A stretch of DNA of 64,000 nt from Flavobacteriaceae bacterium (GTDB lineage: Bacteria; Bacteroidota; Bacteroidia; Flavobacteriales; Flavobacteriaceae): positions 31,552-95,551 of the forward strand of contig CBFHIG010000001.1 of NCBI GenBank assembly GCA_965655885.1, written 5' to 3'. The translations under genes were made by a program, and so were the position numbers. The notes below the pieces were generated by a model that saw only the letters and a program-made list of their open reading frames with translations, did not search any database and had not been told where the DNA came from. Below are positions 11,327-19,760 of the stretch, one piece after another (position 1 is the first letter of the stretch; every line of letters begins with the position of its first letter).

Positions 11327-11335
11327 TTTTTAAAA

Positions 11336-12358
11336 TTGACACCAATACACACATATATTTTAGGTATCGAATCCTCTTGTGATGACACTGCTGCAGCTGT
11401 AATTAAAAATGGTAGTATATTATCGAATGTTGTTGCTACACAAAGTATTCATAAAGAATACGGGGGTGTTGTTCCTGAACTTGCTTCAAGAGCACATCAA
11501 CAAAATATCGTACCTGTTGTTCAACTTGCCTTGCAAAAAGCAAATATCGACAAAAAACAATTAAATGCCATAGCCTTTACTAGAGGACCTGGATTGATGG
11601 GTTCATTGCTCGTTGGAACTTCTTTTGCTAAATCATTAGCAATGGGTTTAGAGGTGCCACTTATCGAGGTAAATCATATGCAAGCACATATTTTAGCACA
11701 TTTTATAAAAGCTGATGAACAATCAGTTCCTACCTTTCCCTTCTTAGCGATGACTATAAGTGGTGGACATACACAAATTGTAAAAGTGACTGATTATTTT
11801 CAGATGGAAGTAATTGGGCAAACTCTAGATGATGCTGTCGGAGAAGCTTTTGATAAAAGTGCAAAACTTCTAGGCCTACCCTATCCGGGAGGTCCTTTAA
11901 TCGATCAATATGCAAGTTTAGGTAATCCTAAGGCTTTTCTTTTTCCAAAACCCAAAGTTGGACCATTAGATTTTAGTTTTAGTGGTTTAAAAACTGCTGT
12001 TCTATATTTTATAGAAAAAAAATCAAAAGACAATCCTGAATTTGTAAAAGAAAATCTAAACGATATTTGTGCTAGTTTACAATTTACCATTGTCGATTAC
12101 TTAATGGATAAAGTTAAAAATGCTGTAAAGCAAACAAAAATAAAAACAGTTGCTATTGGTGGCGGAGTCTCTGCAAATTCTGGAATACGTAAAGCACTCC
12201 AGAAAACTGAAAGTGATCTTGGATGGAAAGTCCATATTCCAAAATTTGAATATTGTACTGACAATGCAGCTATGATTGCTATTGTCGGTGAATTAAAATA
12301 TCAACAAAAACTATTTGCTAGCAATGATGTTGTTGCTAAAGCTAGAATGAAATATTAA
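11336..12358 (+). CDS. tsaD: tRNA N6-adenosine threonylcarbamoyltransferase
   Basis: ILGIESSCDDT, GGVVPELASRAH, NHMQAH, SGGHT and CTDNAAMIA motifs. Confidence 0.97.
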   Translation: MTPIHTYILGIESSCDDTAAAVIKNGSILSNVVATQSIHKEYGGVVPELASRAHQQNIVPVVQLALQKANIDKKQLNAIAFTRGPGLMGSLLVGTSFAKSLAMGLEVPLIEVNHMQAHILAHFIKADEQSVPTFPFLAMTISGGHTQIVKVTDYFQMEVIGQTLDDAVGEAFDKSAKLLGLPYPGGPLIDQYASLGNPKAFLFPKPKVGPLDFSFSGLKTAVLYFIEKKSKDNPEFVKENLNDICASLQFTIVDYLMDKVKNAVKQTKIKTVAIGGGVSANSGIRKALQKTESDLGWKVHIPKFEYCTDNAAMIAIVGELKYQQKLFASNDVVAKARMKY

Positions 12359-12362
12359 ACAA

Positions 12363-13073
12363 ATGCAACTGTTCTACAATGCCTCTATAGATAACAACAC
12401 AAAAGCGTTTACTTTTGATAAAAGTGAAAGTAAGCATATCATAAAAGTTTTAAGAAAATCAGAAGGTGATCAATTATCGATTACTAACGGGAAAGGTGAT
12501 TTTTTCGAAATAATTATTTTAACAGCAAACCCAAAAAAATGTATTGGCGAAGTAATTAATATAAAATCTGTAGATCAATTACCTTACAATTTACATTTAG
12601 CGGTTGCTCCAACAAAACTAAATGATCGTTATGAGTGGTTTTTAGAAAAGGCTACAGAAATTGGAATTACAGAAATTACACCTATTATATGTGATCATAG
12701 TGAGCGAAAGATCATAAATTTAGATCGTTTTGAAAAAAAAATACAAAGTGCTATGAAGCAATCGTTGAAGTCGTATTTGCCTAAATTAAATAAGGCCACA
12801 ACATTCAAAAATTTCTTGATATCACAAGAAAATAATACTCAACAGAAACTTATTGCTCATTGTGAAGAAACTAGTAAAAAAACTCTTAAAAGCGTTTTGA
12901 AAAAAAGAGGAGATACTACCATACTTATTGGACCGGAAGGTGATTTTTCTAGCGATGAAATCAATAAATCGCTTCGTATTGGTTTTGCTCCTATATCATT
13001 AGGTAATAGTAGACTTCGAACCGAAACCGCAGCGGTAGTAGCCTGCCATAGTGTTGCTTTTATAAATGAATGA
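12363..13073 (+). CDS. rsmE: 16S rRNA m3U1498 methyltransferase
   Basis: HIIKVLR, EKATEIG, IGPEGDFS and LRTETA motifs. Confidence 0.96.
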   Translation: MQLFYNASIDNNTKAFTFDKSESKHIIKVLRKSEGDQLSITNGKGDFFEIIILTANPKKCIGEVINIKSVDQLPYNLHLAVAPTKLNDRYEWFLEKATEIGITEITPIICDHSERKIINLDRFEKKIQSAMKQSLKSYLPKLNKATTFKNFLISQENNTQQKLIAHCEETSKKTLKSVLKKRGDTTILIGPEGDFSSDEINKSLRIGFAPISLGNSRLRTETAAVVACHSVAFINE

Positions 13074-13128
13074 TTTTTGTCCAATTTAATATAATTGAAA
13101 CTTCTATAGAAGTTGTATTTTTGAAACT

Positions 13129-13773
13129 ATGCATTACAGAACCATACTTATTTTAATGTTTTTTATGAGCACCAAGTTATTCTCACAAGATATTGCTGTA
13201 ATTCAATATATTGGTGGTGGAGACTGGTATGCTAATCCAACAGCCTTGCCTAACTTAATCAAATTTTGCAATGATAATATTAACACTACTATCAATAAAA
13301 AACCAAAAGTAGTAAGTCCTAGCAGTGTCGATTTATTTGACTATCCTTTTGTACATATGACTGGACACGGTAATGTATATTTTACCGATGACGATGCTAA
13401 AAATTTAAGAGACTATTTACTTAGTGGAGGGTTTTTACATATCGATGATAATTATGGGATGGACCAGTATCTAAGGAAAGAGCTCATAAAAGTATTTCCT
13501 GATAAAAAATTAGAAGAAATTTCTAAAAACCATCCGCTATTTAATAAACCTTTTTCTTTCCCAACTGGGCTCCCAAAAATTCATGAACATAATAGAAATA
13601 GGCCTCAAGCTTTTGCAATTTATGTTGAAGAAAGAATTGTATTACTTTATACTTACGAAAGTGATTTAGGAGATGGTTGGGAAAACTCAGAAATTCATAA
13701 TGATCCCCAAGAAATACGACTTAAAGCCTTACAAATGGGAGCTAATATTATTAACTATGCATTTTTGAATTAA
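13129..13773 (+). CDS. DUF4159 domain protein
   Basis: Signal peptide; GGGDWYANP, PFVHMTGHG and GGFLHIDDNYG motifs. Confidence 0.85.
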   Translation: MHYRTILILMFFMSTKLFSQDIAVIQYIGGGDWYANPTALPNLIKFCNDNINTTINKKPKVVSPSSVDLFDYPFVHMTGHGNVYFTDDDAKNLRDYLLSGGFLHIDDNYGMDQYLRKELIKVFPDKKLEEISKNHPLFNKPFSFPTGLPKIHEHNRNRPQAFAIYVEERIVLLYTYESDLGDGWENSEIHNDPQEIRLKALQMGANIINYAFLN

Positions 13774-14294
13774 TGAATAAGCAATTGTCGCATACGGAAT
13801 CTAATCAAGCACAAAGAAAATTTCCATTGACTTTAGTTGCAGATGGCCTACAGAGTCCTGCTAATGTAGGTTCTTTGTTTAGAGTTTGTGAAGCTTTTGG
13901 AATTGAAAAAATTTATTTCTGTAATTCACTTATAAATTTTGATTCACCCCGATTAAAAAAAACAGCTAGGAATACTCAAACTAATGTGCCATTTTCGATA
14001 GAAACGAATACCTTAGATAAAGTAAAAGAATTAAAAAAAAAGGGTTATACGATTGTTTCATTAGAAATTACTAATTCAAGCCAATCGATAGAGTTACTCG
14101 AAACGATAGCTACCTATAAAATAGCTTTAATCGTGGGCAATGAACAAGAGGGCGTATCGGAGGATGTACTGAAATTTAGTGATATTTGTACACACATTCA
14201 AATGTTCGGAATTAATAGTAGTATGAATGTAGTACAAGCTTCCTCCATAGCATTAAACACGATTATTAATAAATTTTATACTTCCAAAAAATGA
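13773..14294 (+). CDS. TrmH/SpoU family RNA methyltransferase
   Basis: SPANVGSLFR, VGNEQEGV and SSMNV SPOUT motifs. Confidence 0.9.
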   Translation: MNKQLSHTESNQAQRKFPLTLVADGLQSPANVGSLFRVCEAFGIEKIYFCNSLINFDSPRLKKTARNTQTNVPFSIETNTLDKVKELKKKGYTIVSLEITNSSQSIELLETIATYKIALIVGNEQEGVSEDVLKFSDICTHIQMFGINSSMNVVQASSIALNTIINKFYTSKK

Positions 14295-15379
14295 CATCAA
14301 AAGATATTACCAAAGGAATTTTAAGAGCAATCGCCTACACGTTAGGAGTTTCATTATTACTATTGTTTATATACAAAATTCAAGCTATTATATTTTATAT
14401 CATTATTGCTGCTGTTATTTCGCTAATTGGGTTGCCAATTGTTACTTTTTTGAAAAATAAGTTTAAATTTAATAATACGATTGCTGTAGTTGTAACTATG
14501 ATCTTTTTAATGAGCCTTCTTACGAGTATCGTAGGCTTATTTATTCCATTGGTAATGGAACAGGGTCATAATCTTTCTTTACTGAATATAACAGAATTAC
14601 AAAGCAGTATGGAGAGTTTAAACCAGAAAATTATTAGTTATTTATCAAATAAGGATATTGATTTCGGGCAATCACTAACAAAAAATAGTGTTTTTTCAAA
14701 AATTGACTATACCATAATTCCCAATTTTTTAAATTCTGTTTTAAGTGGTTTTGGAAGTTTTAGTATCGCTCTTTTCTCTATTATTTTTATATCATTTTTC
14801 TTGTTAAAAGACAGTCAATTACTACAGCATGGAGTTTTAACTTTTGTAACAGATCGTAATATTGAGGGAACTAAACGATCAATGGATAAAATTAAAGATC
14901 TTCTATCAAGATACTTTGTTGGACTTATTTTACAGATTACAATTCTTTTTATCATTTACACCATCGTCTTACTTATTTTTGGAGTGCATAATCCTATTGT
15001 GATTGCATTTTTATGTGCATTGTTAAACTTAATTCCATACGTAGGCCCTATTATTAGTGCTTTTTTAATGACTTTTCTTACGATGACTAGTTTTATTGGA
15101 AGCGACTTTCAATCGGTGATCTTACCAAAAACAATATATGTTTTGATTGGGTTTACGATTGGTCAACTTGTCGACAATTTTTTCAGTCAGCCTTTTATAT
15201 TTTCAAAAAGTGTTAAATCGCATCCACTCGAAATTTTTCTTGTCATTATGATTGCAGGAGTCCTCTTTGGTATTATTGGTTTAATTGTAGCAATCCCTGT
15301 TTATACCGTTATAAAAGTTATTTTAAAGGAGTTTTTATCTGATAATCAAATTGTACAAAAATTAACTAAAGGCATATAG
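14291..15379 (+). CDS. AI-2E family transporter
   Basis: Multi-TM protein with LNLIPYVGP and HPLEIFL motifs. Confidence 0.9.
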   Translation: MTSKDITKGILRAIAYTLGVSLLLLFIYKIQAIIFYIIIAAVISLIGLPIVTFLKNKFKFNNTIAVVVTMIFLMSLLTSIVGLFIPLVMEQGHNLSLLNITELQSSMESLNQKIISYLSNKDIDFGQSLTKNSVFSKIDYTIIPNFLNSVLSGFGSFSIALFSIIFISFFLLKDSQLLQHGVLTFVTDRNIEGTKRSMDKIKDLLSRYFVGLILQITILFIIYTIVLLIFGVHNPIVIAFLCALLNLIPYVGPIISAFLMTFLTMTSFIGSDFQSVILPKTIYVLIGFTIGQLVDNFFSQPFIFSKSVKSHPLEIFLVIMIAGVLFGIIGLIVAIPVYTVIKVILKEFLSDNQIVQKLTKGI

Positions 15380-15386
15380 TATTTGT

Positions 15387-16553
15387 ATCAATAAAAACAT
15401 ATTATCTCCAAAAATTCAGGAATTTATAATTACTAATAGTAAAAGTATTTCAGCGCTTGCTTTTTCCGGAAGTCCGTTTCCTAGCGTAAAAATTAAAGAT
15501 CTTATACAACAAATTGAAAGTAGAGATAAAGCAGCACATAAATTACCCACTTGGTTTCTAAATGATGCCATATATTATCCGCCAAAACTTAATTTAGAAC
15601 AGACTTCCTCAGAAATTACTGCAAAATATAAGGCAACTCTTGTAAAAGGAAACGTTATGGCGGATATAACTGGTGGGTTTGGAGTCGATAGCTTTTATTT
15701 TTCAAAACATTTTACTGCTGTTATTCATTACGAAAAGGATGAGTGTTTATCGGCTGTTGCTGCGCATAATTTTAAACAACTTAAAAAATCAAATATTACA
15801 TGTGTTGCTAAGAATGGTTTAAACGAAATAGTTAAAAATTCGTATGATTTGATCTATATTGACCCTTCTCGTCGTCATGCAGATAAGGGAAAAGTTTTTC
15901 GTTTGATTGATTGTGAGCCCAGTATTCCTAAAGAAATCAATCAACTCTTTACGAGTACGGAACGACTTCTAATAAAAACCTCTCCAATGTTGGATATCAC
16001 TCAAGGAATTAAAGAGCTTAAAATGGTATCACAAATTCATATTGTAGCGGTTAATAATGAAGTAAAAGAGCTGTTATGGTTACTTCAAAAGGATAACAAT
16101 AAAGCTATTGAAATTAAAACAATTAATATTGATAAGCAGGAATCTCAAAAGTTTAATTATCGGTTAAAAGATAGTTGTACACCTAAATTTTCATTACCAG
16201 AAAAATATTTATATGTGCCCAATGCTGCTATTATGAAAAGTGGTGCATTTAATTTAGTATCAGATCGTTATTCGATCAATAAATTACATCAAAACAGTCA
16301 TTTATATACTTCTACTAATTTGAAAGAGTTTCCAGGAAGACGTTTTTTAATTAAACGTGTTTACAACTTCAATAAAAAGGAATTAAAAGAGTTAAAAACC
16401 ATAAAAAAAGCCAATATAAGTACTCGAAATTTTCCAGAAAGTGTAGCCAACCTTAGAAAAAAATTAAAAATTACCGATGGCGGAGATTGTTATCTGTTTT
16501 TCACGACAGATTTAAACAATAATAAAATTGTTATCGACAGTACAAAAGCTTGA
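15387..16553 (+). CDS. Class I SAM-dependent methyltransferase with THUMP-like C-terminal domain
   Basis: DITGGFGVD SAM motif, YIDPSRR and IKTSPMLDI. The frame is open 90 codons upstream of ATG 15657 (INKNILSPKIQEFI...KLPTW...LEQTSSE); start inferred at ATC 15387. Confidence 0.8.
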   Translation: MNKNILSPKIQEFIITNSKSISALAFSGSPFPSVKIKDLIQQIESRDKAAHKLPTWFLNDAIYYPPKLNLEQTSSEITAKYKATLVKGNVMADITGGFGVDSFYFSKHFTAVIHYEKDECLSAVAAHNFKQLKKSNITCVAKNGLNEIVKNSYDLIYIDPSRRHADKGKVFRLIDCEPSIPKEINQLFTSTERLLIKTSPMLDITQGIKELKMVSQIHIVAVNNEVKELLWLLQKDNNKAIEIKTINIDKQESQKFNYRLKDSCTPKFSLPEKYLYVPNAAIMKSGAFNLVSDRYSINKLHQNSHLYTSTNLKEFPGRRFLIKRVYNFNKKELKELKTIKKANISTRNFPESVANLRKKLKITDGGDCYLFFTTDLNNNKIVIDSTKA

Positions 16554-16596
16554 AAACAAACTTCCTACAAAATTTAAAAAAAAAGCATCCTTTTTG

Positions 16597-16628
16597 TTTG
16601 CGTTATTACAAATGTTAAAGTAGATTTG
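16597..16628 (+). promoter_or_regulatory. Bacteroidota housekeeping promoter for tRNA-Ser/Pro
   Basis: TTTG at 16597-16600 and TAGATTTG at 16621-16628 (-33/-7 consensus TTTG...TAnnTTTG). Confidence 0.7.
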
Positions 16629-16663
16629 CATCCGCAATTTAAGGTGTTTATTCACTAAAAATT

Positions 16664-16750
16664 GGAGAGGTGCCAGAGTGGTCGATCGGGGCTCCCTGCT
16701 AAGGAGTTGTACTCTAACGGGTACCGGGGGTTCGAATCCCTTCCTCTCCG
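16664..16750 (+). tRNA. tRNA-Ser(GCT)
   Basis: Acceptor GGAGAGG/CCTCTCC, anticodon arm GCTCC-CTGCTAA-GGAGT, long variable arm, TTCGAAT T-loop; CCA not encoded. Confidence 0.96.
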
Positions 16751-16787
16751 CATCAAAAAATAGAATTAAATTTCTAGATAACCTATT

Positions 16788-16865
16788 CGGGGTGTAGCGT
16801 AGCCCGGTTATCGCGCCACGTTTGGGACGTGGAGGCCGCAGGTTCGAATCCTGCCACCCCGACCA
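16788..16865 (+). tRNA. tRNA-Pro(TGG)
   Basis: Acceptor CGGGGTG/CACCCCG, anticodon arm CCACG-TTTGGGA-CGTGG, GGTTCGAATCC; CCA encoded. Confidence 0.97.
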
Positions 16866-16896
16866 AAAAGCCTAATTGTATAATTAGGCTTTTTTT
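16865..16896 (+). terminator. Rho-independent terminator
   Basis: AAAAAGCCTAATT-gtat-AATTAGGCTTTTTTT. Confidence 0.85.
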
Positions 16897-16984
16897 ATTT
16901 TGAGTTGAGTTTTAATAATCCTGTAATTTTTTTATAATTTTCATAAATTAATATTAACTTAGATTGCAACATAAATCTTTACTA

Positions 16985-17878
16985 ATGAAACAATTTTGGA
17001 ATTGGACTTTAATATTATTTATTTTTTTAAATTTTAATGACTTCGTCCACGCTCAAGAAAATACTCCTAAAAAAAACTTAGATACCCTAACAAATACCCA
17101 TACTCAAGATAAACACTCCCTACTAAAAGATCGTTTTAGTGTTCAAGCTGGTTTATATAGTTCTAATAAAGGAATTAAAGTTTTGGTGAATGGTTCTTCT
17201 GAGAATGAAATTATTGACTTTAGCGAAAAGGCTAATTTTAACGAAAATGAATTGACACTTTTTTTAAATTTCAATTGGAGATTTTCTCGAAAGTGGTCTT
17301 TAAGTGCTGACTATTTTGCTGTTGGAAACGGAATTAAAAGAACCATTGACGATCAAATTGAATGGAACGATCAACTATACAATGGTGGCGCTGGACTCGA
17401 ACTAGGATTAGATTTAACAATGTTTCGTCTTTTGTTTGGTAGAACAATTTCAAAGGGGCAAAAGCACGAATTAGGCGTGGGGCTTGGAGCACATGTTTTA
17501 GATGTAAAAACCTATATTGAAGGATATGCATACCTAAACAATAATGATACAGGAGAAAATGCAACTACTGAATTTAAACGAAATTCGGTGAGTGTAGTTG
17601 CTCCCCTACCCAATATAGGTGCTTGGTATTTTTATGCACCACATCCCAAATGGATGCTTACAACAAGAGTTGATTGGTTTGCCTTAACCATTGGCGAATA
17701 TTCTGGTGGTTTATGGGGCTTAGGAGCTGGTTTAAATTACCAGTTTCATAAAAACGTTGGAGTAGCAATTAACTATCGTTATTTTGATTTTACTGCAACA
17801 ATTGACAAGTCCAATTGGGATGGTAAATTTAGTCTGATATTTCAAGGTCCTTTGCTTAGTATTAACGTAAATATTTAA
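16985..17878 (+). CDS. Putative outer-membrane beta-barrel protein
   Basis: Signal peptide (..FVHA-QE), alternating aromatic beta-strands, C-terminal strand LSINVNI; alternative TTG start at 16964. Confidence 0.7.
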   Translation: MKQFWNWTLILFIFLNFNDFVHAQENTPKKNLDTLTNTHTQDKHSLLKDRFSVQAGLYSSNKGIKVLVNGSSENEIIDFSEKANFNENELTLFLNFNWRFSRKWSLSADYFAVGNGIKRTIDDQIEWNDQLYNGGAGLELGLDLTMFRLLFGRTISKGQKHELGVGLGAHVLDVKTYIEGYAYLNNNDTGENATTEFKRNSVSVVAPLPNIGAWYFYAPHPKWMLTTRVDWFALTIGEYSGGLWGLGAGLNYQFHKNVGVAINYRYFDFTATIDKSNWDGKFSLIFQGPLLSINVNI

Positions 17879-17952
17879 TTTAAAAATCAATCCTTTTTTA
17901 ATATAATTTGTATATTCGCAGCCGCAAAAGAAACCATTTTGTAAACTAAAAT

Positions 17953-18026
17953 GGGCTCGTAGCTCAGCTGGATAGAGCACCTCCCTTCTAAGGAGGCGGT
18001 CATAGGTTCGAATCCTATCGGGCTCA
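17953..18026 (+). tRNA. tRNA-Arg(TCT)
   Basis: Acceptor GGGCTCG/CGGGCTC, D arm TAGCTCAGCTGGATAGAGC, anticodon arm CCTCC-CTTCTAA-GGAGG, T arm ATAGG-TTCGAAT-CCTAT. Confidence 0.96.
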
Positions 18027-18030
18027 CATC

Positions 18031-18059
18031 AACCCTTCGTATCGCTACGAGGGGTTTTT
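18031..18059 (+). terminator. Rho-independent terminator after tRNA-Arg
   Basis: AACCCTTCGTA-tcgc-TACGAGGGGTT followed by T-run. Confidence 0.8.
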
Positions 18060-18163
18060 GCTTATTAGCCCCTACTCCTATTGGGTTATGTTTGTCGATA
18101 TACTCTTTTTTTTTTGTTAAAATCAACTATAAAACAATCATTTCTAAATTGATTTCACTAAAC

Positions 18164-18216
18164 CTTTTAACGACGATAAAGTACTTTTTAACAACAGTAA
18201 AACGTCATACAACTAC
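18164..18216 (+). repeat. Three AACNAC direct repeats at exact 21-bp spacing (candidate operator)
   Basis: AACGAC at 18169, AACAAC at 18190, AACTAC at 18211; the first two share a TTTT prefix. Confidence 0.45.
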
Positions 18217-18257
18217 ATTTAAATCATTTTTTTCTTGTTTTATTAAATTAACTTATA

Positions 18258-18265
18258 TACTTTTG
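18258..18265 (+). promoter_or_regulatory. -7 promoter element for small-ORF operon
   Basis: TACTTTTG matches TAnnTTTG, TTG about 20 nt upstream, ATG about 33 nt downstream. Confidence 0.6.
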
Positions 18266-18298
18266 TCCTGTAACAAATAATACAATATTAAAATAATA

Positions 18299-18403
18299 AT
18301 GAAAAATCTACTTTATTTAATTTTAAGTGTACCAAAACTAGTAAGAGCTTTTTTCTTATACCATCTAAAGCTAAATAGCTCTAATGGTATAGAATTAAAA
18401 TAA
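18299..18403 (+). CDS. Small hypothetical protein (34 aa)
   Basis: Hand translation MKNLLYLILSVPKLVRAFFLYHLKLNSSNGIELK; A-rich initiation region; first ORF after the promoter. Confidence 0.45.
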   Translation: MKNLLYLILSVPKLVRAFFLYHLKLNSSNGIELK

Positions 18404-18412
18404 ATAAAATCT

Positions 18413-18559
18413 ATGAAAATTTACAAACTAACGCATCCAATAGAGATTGACAGGCTTTACAAAGAGGGTAAACTTTCCCTAAATGAAGCTGGTCAATTAA
18501 TTGATAACTGGTTAAAATCTACAAAGGAAGAAAAAGAACCTTTATTGAATGTCAATTAA
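18413..18559 (+). CDS. Small hypothetical protein (48 aa), SHOCT/UPF0175-like helix pair
   Basis: Hand translation MKIYKLTHPIEIDRLYKEGKLSLNEAGQLIDNWLKSTKEEKEPLLNVN; 9 nt after previous stop, 12 nt before next ATG. Confidence 0.6.
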   Translation: MKIYKLTHPIEIDRLYKEGKLSLNEAGQLIDNWLKSTKEEKEPLLNVN

Positions 18560-18571
18560 AAACAAAAAAAA

Positions 18572-18892
18572 ATGAAAAGATCAGCAATCGAGTTTAACAA
18601 ATTGATGTCGCAAAATGAAATCATAGCTTCAGTACGACAATTTATGGATGAAGATGAAAGATTAAAGGAACGTAAGGATTGGAGTAAATCCAAACTATTT
18701 AATCACTTAAACCATTCTATTGACATTTATAAAAAATTAAAAAAAGAATTAGTTGATTTGGATAAAGCTAGCAATGAGCTTACTAAGTTAACAAGAGAAA
18801 AACAAGTGATTGAATGTGACTATTACATTGCCCTGTGCGAAGAAGAATTACAAGATATCATCAATAAAACAAAAACTTTAAAAATGTGTTAA
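18572..18892 (+). CDS. Hypothetical helical/coiled-coil protein (106 aa)
   Basis: ORF track; A-rich initiation region; followed by a terminator; no recognisable motif. Confidence 0.7.
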   Translation: MKRSAIEFNKLMSQNEIIASVRQFMDEDERLKERKDWSKSKLFNHLNHSIDIYKKLKKELVDLDKASNELTKLTREKQVIECDYYIALCEEELQDIINKTKTLKMC

Positions 18893-18919
18893 TATTATAA
18901 TTGTTTGTTTTGAAAGTTG

Positions 18920-18948
18920 AAAAGCATCCTCATTTTTGGGTGCTTTTT
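18920..18948 (+). terminator. Rho-independent terminator
   Basis: AAAAGCATCC...GGGTGCTTTTT. Confidence 0.7.
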
Positions 18949-19050
18949 CTTTAAAAAATAAATTAGATTGCACACTGTTATAAAACAGTTAATATTTTTT
19001 TATTTAATTACAATAATTTTAAATTTGTATCAATTATTTTTAAAAGACCT

Positions 19051-19623
19051 ATGCATAAAATAATCTATATATTTATTACAATAATCATTCTTGGTTGTAC
19101 TGCTGATAATGAAAATTCAGATATCACTCAATTTTGTTCTGATGAATCTAAAGTTTATTTAGACGATAATGGTATAACCATAAAAGCCTGTGAGGATGCT
19201 AGTATCGGCGAAACGGGAATTATTGATGGTGTTATATATACGATAGTTGATGAATTAACATTGAGAAGTATGGTAGATTCTGATTTAGATGTTACTAAAG
19301 TGGTAACCTCACGAATTACGAATATGCGAAGTATGTTTAAACTCGTGCCAAACTTCAATCAAAACATTAGCTCTTGGGATGTAAGTAATGTTACTGATAT
19401 GGAAGCTGCGTTCAAAAACACTACAAACTTTAATCAACCCATCGATACCTGGGATGTTAGTAATGTAACCTCTATGAAAAGAATGTTTATGGAAGCGCAA
19501 GCCATAAACCAGGATCTAAGCTCCTGGAATGTCATTAATACTGAAAATTGTTTGAATTTTTATAAAAATGCTACACAATGGGTATTACCAAAACCCAATT
19601 TGGATCCAAGTTGTTTAGAGTAA
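19051..19623 (+). CDS. DUF285/BspA-family repeat surface lipoprotein
   Basis: Lipobox (ILG-C) and three ~25-aa repeats of type FNQxIxxWDVSNVTxMxxMF. Confidence 0.88.
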   Translation: MHKIIYIFITIIILGCTADNENSDITQFCSDESKVYLDDNGITIKACEDASIGETGIIDGVIYTIVDELTLRSMVDSDLDVTKVVTSRITNMRSMFKLVPNFNQNISSWDVSNVTDMEAAFKNTTNFNQPIDTWDVSNVTSMKRMFMEAQAINQDLSSWNVINTENCLNFYKNATQWVLPKPNLDPSCLE

Positions 19624-19679
19624 AAATTCAAAAAAATTAATTTAAGATAAATAATTGCATTATATTTAACTAAAAAAAA

Positions 19680-19760
19680 ATGGGCGTAGGAGGATTATTG
19701 ATATGGACTATAGGTTTTATCCTAATTATGGTGATTGCAATTGTCATAAAAGAACACTAA
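19680..19760 (+). CDS. Small single-TM peptide (26 aa)
   Basis: Hand translation MGVGGLLIWTIGFILIMVIAIVIKEH; poly-A initiation region; more G-rich than flanks. Confidence 0.55.
   Translation: MGVGGLLIWTIGFILIMVIAIVIKEH

Noticed and set aside
17732-18126. Two minus-strand ORFs (82 and 79 aa)
   Set aside because: Antisense shadows of tRNA-Arg and its terminator
18092-18280. 62-aa plus-strand ORF
   Set aside because: Runs through the T-tract, repeats and promoter of the micro-operon; low-complexity sequence
19340-19540. 75-bp periodic repeats as a possible CRISPR array
   Set aside because: In-frame coding repeats of the DUF285 protein; no unique spacers or cas genes
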